Below, piece by piece: positions 39,374 to 49,753 of a DNA stretch of 64,000 bases. The notes under the pieces were generated by a model. It was not told the origin of the DNA. It did no database searches and saw nothing but the letters and a program-made list of their open reading frames with translations. Position numbers and translations under genes: made by a program. Position 1 is the first letter of the stretch. Each line of letters starts with the position of its first letter. Source of the DNA: Candidatus Binatia bacterium (GTDB lineage Bacteria; Desulfobacterota; Binatia; HRBIN30); NCBI GenBank assembly GCA_038245295.1, contig JBBRSP010000012.1, forward strand, positions 136,798 through 200,797, read 5' to 3'.

Positions 39374-41902
39374 TCATGGTCGGCGCATCACTTTCAGTCG
39401 TCCGGCCAGCTGCATCGAGGTTGCCAGGTAGGCGCGTGGTTGTGGCTGTGCCGTCGCGCCCGAGTGCAGCAGGGCGAGGTACTCGTTCATCAACGCAATG
39501 TCACCAGCGATGTCGGCATCCTTTTGGAATTCCGGAAGGTCGGTCTGCAGGCCTTGGAGCAGTTCGAGAAAGTCGGTGACGGTGCTGAGCGCTGCCGCGT
39601 CATCGTTCGCCGCCAGCGACTCGCCCGCCTGCTTGAGCGTGGCGGAGAGGCGGAGGGCGAGGAAGTTCTTGAGGACGTTGCGTTCCAGCGGACCTTGCGG
39701 TGTCGTCCCGCGATCGAGGGAAACGCCGGCGCGTGCAGAGCCGTTTCGCACCTGGACGAGGTCCTTGTACTTCGCCGTAACTTCGACCAAGGGGCCGGAC
39801 GCCGGCGCAACGACATCGAGCAGGATGGTGTGTGCATCACCGCTGTAGAACGTCGGAATGACGATCTGAATGCCTTCTTCGTCGTCGCCACGGTCGGCCT
39901 GGACACCGAGATTACGAGCAGTGCGCTGGTCGATGCTTTGCTCCGCTTCACGCACCTGTTGGGCGTGGTTCTCGTCGAGGCGACGAGCCCCGATCACATC
40001 GACCAGCTTGACACCCGGCTGCAGACGAATGCTCAGGCGAACGGCGCGCGCGACGGCGCGACCGATGGCCGACAGCTCGCGATCGACGAGTTGGGTTGCT
40101 TCGGAACCAACACCGAGCAGACGCCGATTACCCTGACCGGCCAGAGCAATGCTGTCGATCTCGTCGAGCTGCACCCGATTACCGATGCCAACGACGCTGA
40201 ACGGTACGCCGGCCACCGCACTACGATGCGCCGCGGCCCGAATCGCCGCCGTAGCTTCGCCAAGCGGCTGGCTGGTAGCGAGCACAATCAAGCTGCTGCC
40301 GAGCGGTGCGTCGGGATCGTCGGCCGTCGCCACAACTTGCTGCGCCGTTGCCAAGGCCGATGGCAGGTCCAACACCTCGGCGCCGGGAGTCGCTTGGTTG
40401 AACAGTCGATCCAGAGCCACCGTGAGGAAGCCATGCTTGAAGTCGCTCGCTTTGACGATCATCGCCCCCGGCTTGCCGGCGACCGTGACACTGAAACGAT
40501 CGTCGGGCTCCTTGGCTTGCGCAAACGCCATCACCAGGGCACGTACGCGCGCCGCCACGTCGACAGGAATCTCGCCGCGCAGATCAACGACGAGCCCAAC
40601 GTTCATCGCCGGCCGTCGCCCGCTGAAACGTTTCGTTGCCTGCAAGCCGACTTGCACCAACATGCGAGTCGGACCTTGCACAGCTTGGCGGTCCGGCTGG
40701 ACGAACAAGCTCAACGCCGCGTCCCGCGGTGCATCGAATGGCTCGGCGATTTGTCTCACCGCATCGTCGAGACGCAGCGGTGTCGTGGCGTACGCTTGCA
40801 GGGCGGCCCGATCGCCAGATGTCAGGCGCGACTGCAGCAGACGGATCGATGGATCACCGGGGAGATAGGTATTCGACCAGTACCCGGTGGCGTCGATCGA
40901 CGGCAGGCCATCGACGATCGAGCGCTCGCGCCAGAAACGCTGCACCGAAGTTGTCGTGTCACGTTTATCCGCGAAGCCACCGCCACCGCCGGCCTCGAGC
41001 CGTCCGGCACGTGCCAAAGTCTCGGCGCCGGCGGCAACCCCACCGGCGACGGCCATAGGTTTGTCGGCCCGACCCGACTCAAGACGGTCTGCCGTCTGGC
41101 CGTCGAGCGCTTCCACAGCAGCCTTCTTGCGGACCTTGAGTAGCTCTTCGTAGTCATTTTTCAGTGTGTCTTTCTGAAGCTTCTCCCCCACCTCCCCTGG
41201 TTGTGCCTGCGGGGAATCCTTCGCGTCGAGCACTGGATCGAGGGCACGTCGCGACTCCTCTTTCACCTCTGCAGCGGCAGCAAGCCTGCCTTCCCTAGGC
41301 GCCGTCGGAAGCGGCGTGGTAACGTGGCCGCGCGCCTTCGCGTCGGACGATCCGTCCTGCTCTTCCGCCAAGTTGTCGTCGCTCACCCAGAGCACGTTCG
41401 TCGAGGCGTCGTGGTCGTTGACGACGTTGACGCTTGAAACATCCGAAGTGAGCGAATCAATCGATGCAGGGTCTTCTCGCGAGGGAGGCGCCGCCGGCAC
41501 CGGCATCGTCGCTTGACGTTGCATCCCGTCCATTCCGGGCATCAGCAGAAACAGCAACGCCGCCAACGCCGTAAGGGGAAGGGCAAACTGTGGACGCAAG
41601 AGAAAAAGCAGGAAGGCCTTCGTGTCGGACGCCAGGCGGCGCAAGCGATCGCCACCGGCGACGACGCGGTGCACCGCGCCAGCCTCTGGGTCGTGCAGAA
41701 CAGTGGCGAGGAGCTGGTCGACAATCACCTGCGGCGCATCCATCGCCGGCATCTTCTTGAATGCGCCGGAGAGCTCACCCAGCGCCACGAGCATTCTCGA
41801 GCAATCACTGCAGGCGCTCATGTGCTCCTGCTCATCCGGCGATAGAAGACTTCGCGGCTCGGAAGCCAGCTTCTCTTGCAGCTCGTTACAAATGGTACTC
41901 AC
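39374..41902 (-). CDS. ZAS-type anti-sigma factor with TM, long linker and degenerate vWA domain
   Basis: HMSACSDC (HxxxCxxC), TM helix, MNVGLVVDL..., SVVGIG, IALAGQGN; overlaps the sigma gene stop. Confidence 0.82.
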   Translation of the reverse strand: MSTICNELQEKLASEPRSLLSPDEQEHMSACSDCSRMLVALGELSGAFKKMPAMDAPQVIVDQLLATVLHDPEAGAVHRVVAGGDRLRRLASDTKAFLLFLLRPQFALPLTALAALLFLLMPGMDGMQRQATMPVPAAPPSREDPASIDSLTSDVSSVNVVNDHDASTNVLWVSDDNLAEEQDGSSDAKARGHVTTPLPTAPREGRLAAAAEVKEESRRALDPVLDAKDSPQAQPGEVGEKLQKDTLKNDYEELLKVRKKAAVEALDGQTADRLESGRADKPMAVAGGVAAGAETLARAGRLEAGGGGGFADKRDTTTSVQRFWRERSIVDGLPSIDATGYWSNTYLPGDPSIRLLQSRLTSGDRAALQAYATTPLRLDDAVRQIAEPFDAPRDAALSLFVQPDRQAVQGPTRMLVQVGLQATKRFSGRRPAMNVGLVVDLRGEIPVDVAARVRALVMAFAQAKEPDDRFSVTVAGKPGAMIVKASDFKHGFLTVALDRLFNQATPGAEVLDLPSALATAQQVVATADDPDAPLGSSLIVLATSQPLGEATAAIRAAAHRSAVAGVPFSVVGIGNRVQLDEIDSIALAGQGNRRLLGVGSEATQLVDRELSAIGRAVARAVRLSIRLQPGVKLVDVIGARRLDENHAQQVREAEQSIDQRTARNLGVQADRGDDEEGIQIVIPTFYSGDAHTILLDVVAPASGPLVEVTAKYKDLVQVRNGSARAGVSLDRGTTPQGPLERNVLKNFLALRLSATLKQAGESLAANDDAAALSTVTDFLELLQGLQTDLPEFQKDADIAGDIALMNEYLALLHSGATAQPQPRAYLATSMQLAGRLKVMRRP

Positions 41903-42570
41903 GACGGCACCTCACGTCGCTGTGCGGCGTTGCGCCGAGCCAGAGCCTGCGCCAACGTCAGACGCGCCCGTCGCAGGTGGGTTTTGACGGTATTGACCGG
42001 CAAGCCCAGCGCCGCGGCGGCTTGTTCTTGCGGCATCTCTTCGAGGCAGCACAGGCTAATCGCTTCGCGTTGGGCCAGCGGCAGATTCTGGATCATGCGC
42101 TCGAGCCATACGGCGGTCTCGCGCGCTTCGCTCAGATGTTGCGCATCGGGCCCCGGATCGACGCCGCGATCGGGCTCGGCTTCTACGGCGACGATGTCGC
42201 GTACGCGCACACCGCGAAAATGGCTGCGCACGGTGTTGGCGGCGATCGTGAAGATCCACGGCTTCAGCGGCTGGTCGGGGCGGAAGCTCGCCGCGGCGCG
42301 ATGCACCTTGATGAAGATTTCCTGGAACAGATCATCGCGGGCCGCGGCGTCGACACCGCAGCGGTACTGATAGGAATAAACAGGGGCGCGATAACGGGCG
42401 ACGAGCTCAGCAAATGCCTCGCGGTCACCGTCGCGGTGGCGGATCAACAGGGCGCCGTCGTCATCCATGGGCAAGGACTCGGAAGCCGTTTGGACGGCGA
42501 CGGGCGGCCGGCCAACGTCCGCCGGTGGCGCCACCAATCCTGTCGAAATGAGAGTGAGTGCTCCAAACAC
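41899..42570 (-). CDS. ECF (sigma70 family) RNA polymerase sigma factor
   Basis: GDREAFAELV.RY, DDLFQEIF, WIFTIA.N, LP..QRE, LGLPVNTVKTHLRRAR; start may be 42468. Confidence 0.94.
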   Translation of the reverse strand: MFGALTLISTGLVAPPADVGRPPVAVQTASESLPMDDDGALLIRHRDGDREAFAELVARYRAPVYSYQYRCGVDAAARDDLFQEIFIKVHRAAASFRPDQPLKPWIFTIAANTVRSHFRGVRVRDIVAVEAEPDRGVDPGPDAQHLSEARETAVWLERMIQNLPLAQREAISLCCLEEMPQEQAAAALGLPVNTVKTHLRRARLTLAQALARRNAAQRREVPS

Positions 42571-42579
42571 AGTCCTTGT

Positions 42580-42605
42580 TACGCAGCAGACGTCTGCAGG
42601 TTTCA
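42580..42605 (-). promoter_or_regulatory. ECF-type autoregulatory promoter
   Basis: TGAAAC-N16-CGTA, the B. subtilis SigW-type consensus, directly upstream of the sigma gene. Confidence 0.72.
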
Positions 42606-42666
42606 GAAACTTCGCCGCACAACGAAACTTTCGAGCTCGGCGCCTCCTCCGACCGCCGCGGCGCTG

Positions 42667-43824
42667 TCAGCGTTGGGCTGAAGTCTGACGTAGCATCTCC
42701 GCCAGGATTTCCGCGGCGGCGTGATTCCCCGCATCATTCCAGTGCGAATCGTCGGGATAGTAGAGCATGGCGCCGGCGCGAGCGCGCTCCAGAAACCCTG
42801 GCGTCAGATCGATGTAGCCGACGTCTTTCGAGACGGAGCTGGCGACGGCCTTCAGATATTCGGGTAACTGGTTGGGCCGCCAGCGGTGGCACTCCGAGTC
42901 GGGCGGGAACGTACAGAGATCTCCGTAGACACGGAACTTGTTCGGGATGAACACCACAACCAGCCGGGCACCGCGGTCGGCACACCATTCGTAGGCATTG
43001 ACGAGAGTACGCCTGGTAAGCTCGATGCCGCGCAAATCGCCGTCCGCCAACGCCTCCATGCTCTGCGGGAACCACATACGCTGGCCGTCGCGCAGGGTGC
43101 CCGAGCGTTTGCTTGCCAGGGGTGACTCGACAGGCGCCCGCAGCAAACGAGTGACGGCGCGGGCAGCGTTGGTCAGAAAGGCGCGATTCCAAAAGACGTG
43201 CGCCGCGTCCAACGGGTGTGGCCAGACTTCGCGCAGCGGCTCGTAGGCCAATGCGTCCGCCAGATCGTTGCCCTCGTAGAACGCCCACAGAACCGTGCTG
43301 GGATGATAGGGACCGGCATAACGGCGCAGCACCGCAAGCTCCTGCTGCGGACCATAGGCAGGCTGGCCGAGGTTGACGACCGATACACCCAGTTTCTGAG
43401 CCAGGAGGTTGGTCACGAGCCCGGCCTCCGATGTCCCACCGCCGCCGATGATAAACGAATCACCGAGCGCCGCGATATCGGCGTGGGTCAGCCCGGGCGG
43501 ATTGCGAAATCCGTTTTGGTCGATCACGACATCGAAGTCGATTTCCGAAAGGCCGGGCCCCTGGAGCTGCCATGCCATGGCAATGTCACCGTGGCGATGG
43601 CCGACGATGTGCCGGTTGGGACGTGTGATGAACAGCAACTCCGGATCGAACATGACGCCGCGACCGTCGGCGAAGTCGGCCGGTGTTCCGAGTGGTTCGC
43701 GATAATCGAATCCAAACAGCGTGGGCACTTCGAGCAGTGCCAGCGTCAGCAGCACGGAAGCCGCGGCAATCAGCCAGCCCCAGCGCGACGCATTTACCGG
43801 CGGCGTTGTCGCCTCCTCAGGCAT
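42667..43824 (-). CDS. membrane-anchored SGNH hydrolase / AlgX-AlgJ-like O-acetyltransferase protein
   Basis: ALGDSF, NLGQPAYGP, EGND, DSHWN..G. Confidence 0.85.
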   Translation of the reverse strand: MPEEATTPPVNASRWGWLIAAASVLLTLALLEVPTLFGFDYREPLGTPADFADGRGVMFDPELLFITRPNRHIVGHRHGDIAMAWQLQGPGLSEIDFDVVIDQNGFRNPPGLTHADIAALGDSFIIGGGGTSEAGLVTNLLAQKLGVSVVNLGQPAYGPQQELAVLRRYAGPYHPSTVLWAFYEGNDLADALAYEPLREVWPHPLDAAHVFWNRAFLTNAARAVTRLLRAPVESPLASKRSGTLRDGQRMWFPQSMEALADGDLRGIELTRRTLVNAYEWCADRGARLVVVFIPNKFRVYGDLCTFPPDSECHRWRPNQLPEYLKAVASSVSKDVGYIDLTPGFLERARAGAMLYYPDDSHWNDAGNHAAAEILAEMLRQTSAQR

Positions 43825-43987
43825 GCGTCCGGTCGGCTCCTCGCATGCCGCACACCTAGCGCACCCGCCGGTCGCGGCACAGGGTCGAGACCGACGATCA
43901 GCGGCGATCCACGAGCGTGGGGATGACAGGCCCGCGGCCCGTTGCCGCGCTGAATCGGCTTGTGTAGGACGGGAGCGGGAGCACGGA

Positions 43988-45073
43988 ATGAATTCAAAGT
44001 TGAAGGTCGGCGTTCTGGGCGCAACAGGCATGGTCGGGCAGCGCTTCGTGGCACTGCTCGAGAATCACCCGTGGTTCGAGGTGACGCTGGTGGCCGCCAG
44101 CGCCAACAGCGCTGGAAAGACCTACACCGAGGCCGTCAGCGGCCGCTGGACACTCAAGACAGCCGTACCGACAGCTGTCAGCTCCATGAAGATCCTCAAC
44201 GCGGCACAGGTCAACGAGGTCGCGGCCAACGTCGATTTCGTGTTTTGCGCCGTCGACATGAGCAAGGAGGAAACGGCGAAACTCGAAGAAGACTATGCGC
44301 GCGCCGAGACACCACTGGTCTCGAACAATTCGGCACATCGCCACACCGCCGATGTCCCGATGATGATCCCCGAGATCAATCCCGAGCACGCCAACGTCAT
44401 CGAAGCGCAACGCCGCCGCCTCGGCACCAAGCGCGGCTTTGTCGCCGTAAAACCAAACTGTTCGTTGCAGAGCTACGTCCCCGCCATTCATCCGCTCATG
44501 GACCTCGGCCCGACCCGCATCATCGTCAGCACCTATCAAGCCATCAGCGGGGCCGGGAAAACCTTCCAGAGCTGGCCCGAGATGGTCGATAACGTCATCC
44601 CGTTCATCAAGGGCGAAGAAGAGAAAAGCGAGAAAGAGCCGTTGAAGATCTGGGGTGCGGTAAAGGACGGACGGATCATCCCCACCGAGTCGCCGCGCAT
44701 CAGTACACAGTGCATCCGCGTGCCCGCATCCGACGGACACATGGCGGCGGTGTTCCTCGAGCTTCAGAAGAAGGTTTCCAAGGACGAGATCCTCAGCCGC
44801 TGGAAAGAATTCAGCGGCCGGCCACAGCAACTGGGTCTACCGAGCGCGCCGACGCCGTTTCTCAACTATTTCGAAGATGATTCGCGGCCGCAGACCAAGC
44901 TCGATCGCGACATCGGCAACGGCATGGGCATCAGCATCGGCCGCCTGCGTCCTGACAGCCTCTTCGATTGGCGCTTCGTCGGCTTGTCGCACAACACGGT
45001 ACGCGGCGCCGCCGGCGGCGCCGTGCTGACGGCAGAACTGCTCGCCAAAGACGGCTACCTCGTCGCAAAGTAG
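43988..45073 (+). CDS. asd: aspartate-semialdehyde dehydrogenase (archaeal/eukaryotic-like type)
   Basis: GATGMVGQRF, PNCS, TYQAISGAG, IRVP..DGH, SHNTVRGAAG. Confidence 0.96.
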   Translation: MNSKLKVGVLGATGMVGQRFVALLENHPWFEVTLVAASANSAGKTYTEAVSGRWTLKTAVPTAVSSMKILNAAQVNEVAANVDFVFCAVDMSKEETAKLEEDYARAETPLVSNNSAHRHTADVPMMIPEINPEHANVIEAQRRRLGTKRGFVAVKPNCSLQSYVPAIHPLMDLGPTRIIVSTYQAISGAGKTFQSWPEMVDNVIPFIKGEEEKSEKEPLKIWGAVKDGRIIPTESPRISTQCIRVPASDGHMAAVFLELQKKVSKDEILSRWKEFSGRPQQLGLPSAPTPFLNYFEDDSRPQTKLDRDIGNGMGISIGRLRPDSLFDWRFVGLSHNTVRGAAGGAVLTAELLAKDGYLVAK

Positions 45074-45117
45074 AGGCATCGAACCGCGCCGCTCGACGGC
45101 GCCGAACGCAGGCTAAA

Positions 45118-45251
45118 GAGGCTGTCTCAAAACCTTGCGGAGCCGGCTTAGACAGGCTCAGCCTGAGCGGGTGCTTGGTTGATTTTCACAGACATTTTGT
45201 CCGCTCGCCCTGAGCCCGTCGAAGGGTGAGCCTAGGTTTTGAGACAGCCTC
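45118..45251. mobile_element. 134-bp MITE with 18-bp perfect TIRs and TAAA target duplication, carrying a REP pair
   Basis: taaa|GAGGCTGTCTCAAAACCT...AGGTTTTGAGACAGCCTC|taaa. Confidence 0.85.
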
Positions 45252-45303
45252 TAAAGCCCTCTAAAGCCTGCGCCTACCGGCTGTATTCCCGAAACGAAAA
45301 GAG

Positions 45304-45326
45304 GCAGGCGCAAGCTTCAGCTTGCG
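45304..45326 (+). repeat. GTAG-type REP variant GCAG-GCGCAAGCTTCAGCTTGCG
   Basis: Same 19-bp hairpin core at 55921 and 58074. Confidence 0.78.
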
Positions 45327-45337
45327 GTGCGGGTGGT

Positions 45338-45838
45338 CTACCGCATCGGCCGCCGCGGCTTCTTGAGTCGCGGCTCGATGCCCGCATCCAGATAGGGCTG
45401 GATCCAGCCGTGCCCGGCTTGCGGCCAGGCATCGACCATCGGCAGGTATGGCTTGATATCGAGGATCGGTGTCGCATCGAGGAGGTCGAGGCCTTCGACG
45501 TGCACCTCGCCCGCCGCCACGTCGACCCGCTTCACCACCACACACGTCATGCCGATCTGCGACGGTCGGTTCGGCGCACGCGTCGCCAGCACGCCGCGCT
45601 TCGGCCCGCCGCGTGGCGGCTTCACCTTAGCGGCCCAGCCGCGGCTGCGATTGAACAGGAAGATGATCCAGATGCGCTCGAAGCTGTCGAGGTCGGCCAG
45701 CGCATCGCGAAACTCGGGCTCGATTGCCAGAATGCCCGCCGTCTCCGGCGCCACGTTTGGCTGATAGGGCGCATCTTCGCGACGTTGCCACGGCGTCCGG
45801 GCGTGGCCGATCATTTGGATGGGCAAGGCGTCGCTCAT
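45338..45838 (-). CDS. tsaA: tRNA m6t6A37 methyltransferase TrmO/TsaA
   Basis: APYQP, GVLATRAPNRPSQIG, GLDLLDATPILDIKPY. Confidence 0.93.
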   Translation of the reverse strand: MSDALPIQMIGHARTPWQRREDAPYQPNVAPETAGILAIEPEFRDALADLDSFERIWIIFLFNRSRGWAAKVKPPRGGPKRGVLATRAPNRPSQIGMTCVVVKRVDVAAGEVHVEGLDLLDATPILDIKPYLPMVDAWPQAGHGWIQPYLDAGIEPRLKKPRRPMR

Positions 45839-45848
45839 CGTCGAGGCT

Positions 45849-46382
45849 TCACTTGCCCAGCGGCCATGGAACGACGAGCCGGATCTCGACGTCGGCCTTC
45901 ACCTTGAGCGCCCCGAGCAGGGCCGAGTAAGGCTTGATGCCAAAGTCGGGTTGGTGCACGCGGGCGCTGGCGACGTAGCGCCGCGGCTCCTTGCGTAGCG
46001 ACACCTCGATCGTCTTGCGTTTGCCGTGCAGCGACAGCTGGCCCTTGATGCGCAAGCCGTCCGGTGTCTTGTCCACCGCGCTCGAGGTGAATCGTATCTC
46101 CGGATACTTCCCCGCTCCCAGCACGTCACGGACGATGTTGGCCTCGATCTCCTTCTTCTGCGACGCGCTCAGCGTGCCCTTCGACTCGCCACCGCCAGAC
46201 ATGGCACAGACGACGCGCAGTGAGGCGGCATCGAAACGACCTTCCACCGTCTGCGCCGCTTCATCGACATCCATTTCGAAGCGTCCAACCTTGATCTTCA
46301 GGTCGTGCGCCACCACGGCGAGAAAGCCCTCCTTGAAGGTAAACACGAGGCAGTCGGCGCTGTCGTTGTCGATTCGCAACAT
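45849..46382 (-). CDS. YceI family protein
   Basis: VLGAGKYPEIRF.S, GQLSLHG, DFGIKPYS. Confidence 0.85.
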   Translation of the reverse strand: MLRIDNDSADCLVFTFKEGFLAVVAHDLKIKVGRFEMDVDEAAQTVEGRFDAASLRVVCAMSGGGESKGTLSASQKKEIEANIVRDVLGAGKYPEIRFTSSAVDKTPDGLRIKGQLSLHGKRKTIEVSLRKEPRRYVASARVHQPDFGIKPYSALLGALKVKADVEIRLVVPWPLGK

Positions 46383-46445
46383 GATGTGGTTGCCCTAGCC
46401 GAGGTGCGGTGGCGAGGGAACTCCCTGCTCCGGGTTGCCGGGGCG

Positions 46446-46569
46446 CCCTTCGAGACGGCCGCCGGTTGGCGTCCCCTCTCAATGCGGCCTCCTCAGGGCG
46501 AGCGGAGTATCCGTTCGGGCTGAGGAGGCGCCTCAGGAGACAATCTCATTTGGCGCCGTCTCGAAGCCC
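46446..46569. repeat. REP/RIME-like inverted doublet CCCTTCGAGACG..CCTCAGGGCGAGCGG / CCG..CTGAGGAG..CGTCTCGAAG
   Basis: Inverted pair between divergent genes; same CTTCGA..CTCAG skeleton as the GIY-YIG flanks, with longer loops. Confidence 0.75.
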
Positions 46570-46659
46570 GCGCCCAAATTCTCGAACGGCCGCCGCCTAG
46601 ATCCTCCATACCGCCACCACGCTACTCACGGCCGCCATCCCATGTTAGAGCCACCGCTG

Positions 46660-47415
46660 ATGAGCCCCTCGGTCGAACCGATCATCTCCATTGATCACGT
46701 GTCGCGCTTCTACCGGCGCGGCATCGACGAGATCCACGCACTGGATTCGGTTTCCTTGACCGTGCAGCCGGGGCGCTTCGTCGCCTTCATGGGTCCGTCC
46801 GGGTCCGGGAAGTCCACCCTGCTGAACCTGGTCTCCGGCATCGATCGGCCGAGCAGTGGCGAGGTGATCGTCGCCGGCCAACGTCTAAATGACCTCGATG
46901 AGGATGAACTAGCCGGTTGGCGGGCCCGGCATGTCGGACTGATCTTTCAGTTCTTCAATTTGATGCCGGTGCTCAACGCCGTCGACAATGTCGCACTGCC
47001 GCTGTTACTGACCAAGCTCTCGAAACGAGAACGCCTGGAGCGCGCCGAGATCGCCTTGCGCATCGTCGGCCTCGAAGATCGAATCGATCACTATCCGAGC
47101 ACCCTTTCCGGCGGCGAGCAGCAGCGCGTCGCCATCGCGCGCGCCATCGTCACCGATCCCGACCTGATCGTCGCCGACGAACCGACGGGCGACCTCGACG
47201 CACGCAACGCCGAGGCGATCCTCAACCTGATGCGCCAGCTCAAGAACGAGTTCGGCAAGACCATCGTGATGGTGACACACGATCCGCGAGCGCTGCGGTT
47301 CGTCGACGAGGCCTTTCACCTCGATAAGGGCCTGTTGCTCGAGGGGGAAGAAGCGGCGCGCGCCCACGAGTCGATCGTCATTGCCGCCGGTGGCGGATCG
47401 GTGCGCAATCGATGA
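46660..47415 (+). CDS. ABC transporter ATP-binding protein (LolD/MacB-like)
   Basis: [28 protein letters not shown]. Confidence 0.96.
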   Translation: MSPSVEPIISIDHVSRFYRRGIDEIHALDSVSLTVQPGRFVAFMGPSGSGKSTLLNLVSGIDRPSSGEVIVAGQRLNDLDEDELAGWRARHVGLIFQFFNLMPVLNAVDNVALPLLLTKLSKRERLERAEIALRIVGLEDRIDHYPSTLSGGEQQRVAIARAIVTDPDLIVADEPTGDLDARNAEAILNLMRQLKNEFGKTIVMVTHDPRALRFVDEAFHLDKGLLLEGEEAARAHESIVIAAGGGSVRNR

Positions 47416-48578
47416 AATACGCCGGCTTGATTCTCGCGAACCTCGGGCGCAACAAGCTACGCTCTCTGCTCACCGGTGGCGCCATCATGCTGGCCGTCCT
47501 GCTCGTGGTGCTGTTGCTCACCATGCCGGCGGGCCTCGACGCCTTCCTCGATCAGATCGCCAACAACACCCGCATCTCGGTGCACAACAAAGCCGGCATC
47601 GTCTACAGCATGCCGTTCTCCTTCACCCGCAAAGTCCGTCAGATCGACGGCGTCGCGGCGGCGTGCGCCACTGTGTGGTTCGGTGGGGCGTTTGAAGAAG
47701 AAGGACGTGTCACCTTCCCTAGCTTCGCCATCGAAGCGGAACACGCCGCCGCGGTGTGGCCGGACTACAACATCGACCCAAAACAGATGGCCGACTTTCT
47801 ACGTTACCGCGACGGCGCCATTGTCGGCCGCCAGAACATGCAGAAGTACAAATGGAAGATCGGCGACCGGGTCACCCTCAAGAGCACCATCTACGGCGTC
47901 AACCTCGACTTCCGCATCGTCGGCGAAATGCCCAATGATCGCTCACCGCTGTTCTGGATGCAGCGCACGTACCTCGACGAAGCAGTGAAGGCCAAGCGAG
48001 GCACCGGGCTTTCCATGGCCGGAGTCATCTGGGTGCGCGTCGATGATCCAAACCGCGTCAACGCCGTCATGCGCCAGGTCGACGAGATGTCGCGCAACAG
48101 CGAAGCCGAGACGGCGTCGGAAACCGAGAAGAGCTTCTTCGGAAATTTCTTCGGTTCACTGCAGGGCTTCGTCACCATCATCCTGATCGTCACCGGCCTG
48201 GTGTCGCTATGTATCGTCTTCATCGCCGCCAACACCGCCTCGATGGCGGTGCGCGAGCGCTCCGGGGAGATCGCCGTGCTCAAGGCCATCGGCTTCCAGC
48301 GCAAGACCATCTTCGCCACGCTGCTTGCCGAAGCGATGCTGGTGGCGTCGGTGGCCGGACTCAGTGGGGTAGTGCTGGCCATCGCGGTCACCAAGATGCT
48401 GCGTGCCTTCGCCGGCTGGAATCCATCGCTCGGCCCACTCGGCGCCTTCATCGTGACACCAACCGTCATCGCCCAGGGCGTCTGCCTGTCGCTGGTTGTC
48501 GGTCTGTTCGCCGGGCTCGTGCCGGCTTTCGGCGCCGCCCGCAAACCGGTGATCGAGGCCCTGCGCGAGATCTTTTGA
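47412..48578 (+). CDS. ABC transporter permease (MacB/FtsX-like)
   Basis: [29 protein letters not shown]. Confidence 0.93.
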   Translation: MKYAGLILANLGRNKLRSLLTGGAIMLAVLLVVLLLTMPAGLDAFLDQIANNTRISVHNKAGIVYSMPFSFTRKVRQIDGVAAACATVWFGGAFEEEGRVTFPSFAIEAEHAAAVWPDYNIDPKQMADFLRYRDGAIVGRQNMQKYKWKIGDRVTLKSTIYGVNLDFRIVGEMPNDRSPLFWMQRTYLDEAVKAKRGTGLSMAGVIWVRVDDPNRVNAVMRQVDEMSRNSEAETASETEKSFFGNFFGSLQGFVTIILIVTGLVSLCIVFIAANTASMAVRERSGEIAVLKAIGFQRKTIFATLLAEAMLVASVAGLSGVVLAIAVTKMLRAFAGWNPSLGPLGAFIVTPTVIAQGVCLSLVVGLFAGLVPAFGAARKPVIEALREIF

Positions 48579-49753
48579 TGCTTCCATTGTCGTACAGCAT
48601 TCGCAACGTGCGGGCTCGCCCGGCCCGCACCGCGATGACCGCCAGCGTCATCGCTCTTGTGGTCGTTGCCTGCAGCCTCTTCCTCGGCCTGATCTCCAGT
48701 CTCAAGCACACGCTGATCTCCACAGGTGATCCGTTGAATCTGATCATCATGCGCAAGGGTTCGGACAACGACGGGTCGAGCATTCTTCAGAAGGAGGCGT
48801 TCGAAGCGATCCGCTACTTCGATGGCATTGCCCGCGATACCGCCGACAATCCGCTCGTCTCGCCGGAGCTGGTCGTCCAGCCGTTCTTTCGTACACGCGA
48901 CGGCGGACGTGAAAACGTGCTGGTGCGCGGCGTCGAAGCCGTGGCTCTCGCCGTCCACAGCAACGTCCACATCACCGCGGGGCGCATGATCAACCCAAGC
49001 TCGTCTGAGGCCATCGTCGGCAAGGGAGTTCTCGGCCGCTACGAGGGTGGTGAGCTTGGTAGCGACCTCAAGTTTGGACGCGGCACGTGGAAGGTGGTTG
49101 GCATCTTCGACGCTGACGGCTCCTCATTCGAGAGCGAAGTGTGGGTCGACGTACGCGAATTGGCCAACGACGCCAAACGCACGATGCCATATTCGGGCAT
49201 TCGCATGCGCGCCGCCTCGGCGGCGCAGATCGAGCCCTTGAAGCAGCGCATCGAAGCCGACCCGAAGTACGCCCTGCAGGCGCAGTCAGAGGTCGAGTAC
49301 TACTCCAAGCAGTCCGAGTCGGCGAACTCGCTGTACGTCCTGGTCATCGGCATCGCCATCCTGGCCGGCATCGGCGCCGGGTTTGGCGCCGCCAATACGA
49401 TGTATGCGGCCGTCCAGGCGCGCACCGCCGAGATCGGTACGCTGCGCGCCCTGGGCTTTTCGCGCCTGGCGATCCTCACATCGTTTCAAATCGAAGCCAT
49501 CGGGCTGGCGCTGGTCGGGTTCGTCATGGGCGCCGTCGCCACGGTCGGCCTCGCCGCGCTGTTGCGCCTCTGGCTGGGCGGGCTCGCCTTTGGCGCCGCG
49601 ACCTTCACCACCAACGTCGTCACCCTGCGCGTCGGCCCGCGCGATCTCATCAGCTCCTTCATCCTGTCGATTGCGATCGGACTCGTGGCCGGGCTTGGAC
49701 CGGCGTGGCGTGCCGCACGGATGCGGCCGGTGGAAGCGTTGAGGAAAGCCTGA
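48578..49753 (+). CDS. ABC transporter permease (MacB/FtsX-like)
   Basis: TGATG coupling; RTAEIGTLRALGF, PAWRAARM.PVEALR. Confidence 0.93.
   Translation: MLPLSYSIRNVRARPARTAMTASVIALVVVACSLFLGLISSLKHTLISTGDPLNLIIMRKGSDNDGSSILQKEAFEAIRYFDGIARDTADNPLVSPELVVQPFFRTRDGGRENVLVRGVEAVALAVHSNVHITAGRMINPSSSEAIVGKGVLGRYEGGELGSDLKFGRGTWKVVGIFDADGSSFESEVWVDVRELANDAKRTMPYSGIRMRAASAAQIEPLKQRIEADPKYALQAQSEVEYYSKQSESANSLYVLVIGIAILAGIGAGFGAANTMYAAVQARTAEIGTLRALGFSRLAILTSFQIEAIGLALVGFVMGAVATVGLAALLRLWLGGLAFGAATFTTNVVTLRVGPRDLISSFILSIAIGLVAGLGPAWRAARMRPVEALRKA

Noticed and set aside
36076..41143. Long plus-strand ORFs (36076-38202, 39260-41143; likewise 18371-20476 and 7709-8956)
   Set aside because: Antisense shadows of real high-GC genes, with Arg/His-rich composition and no motifs
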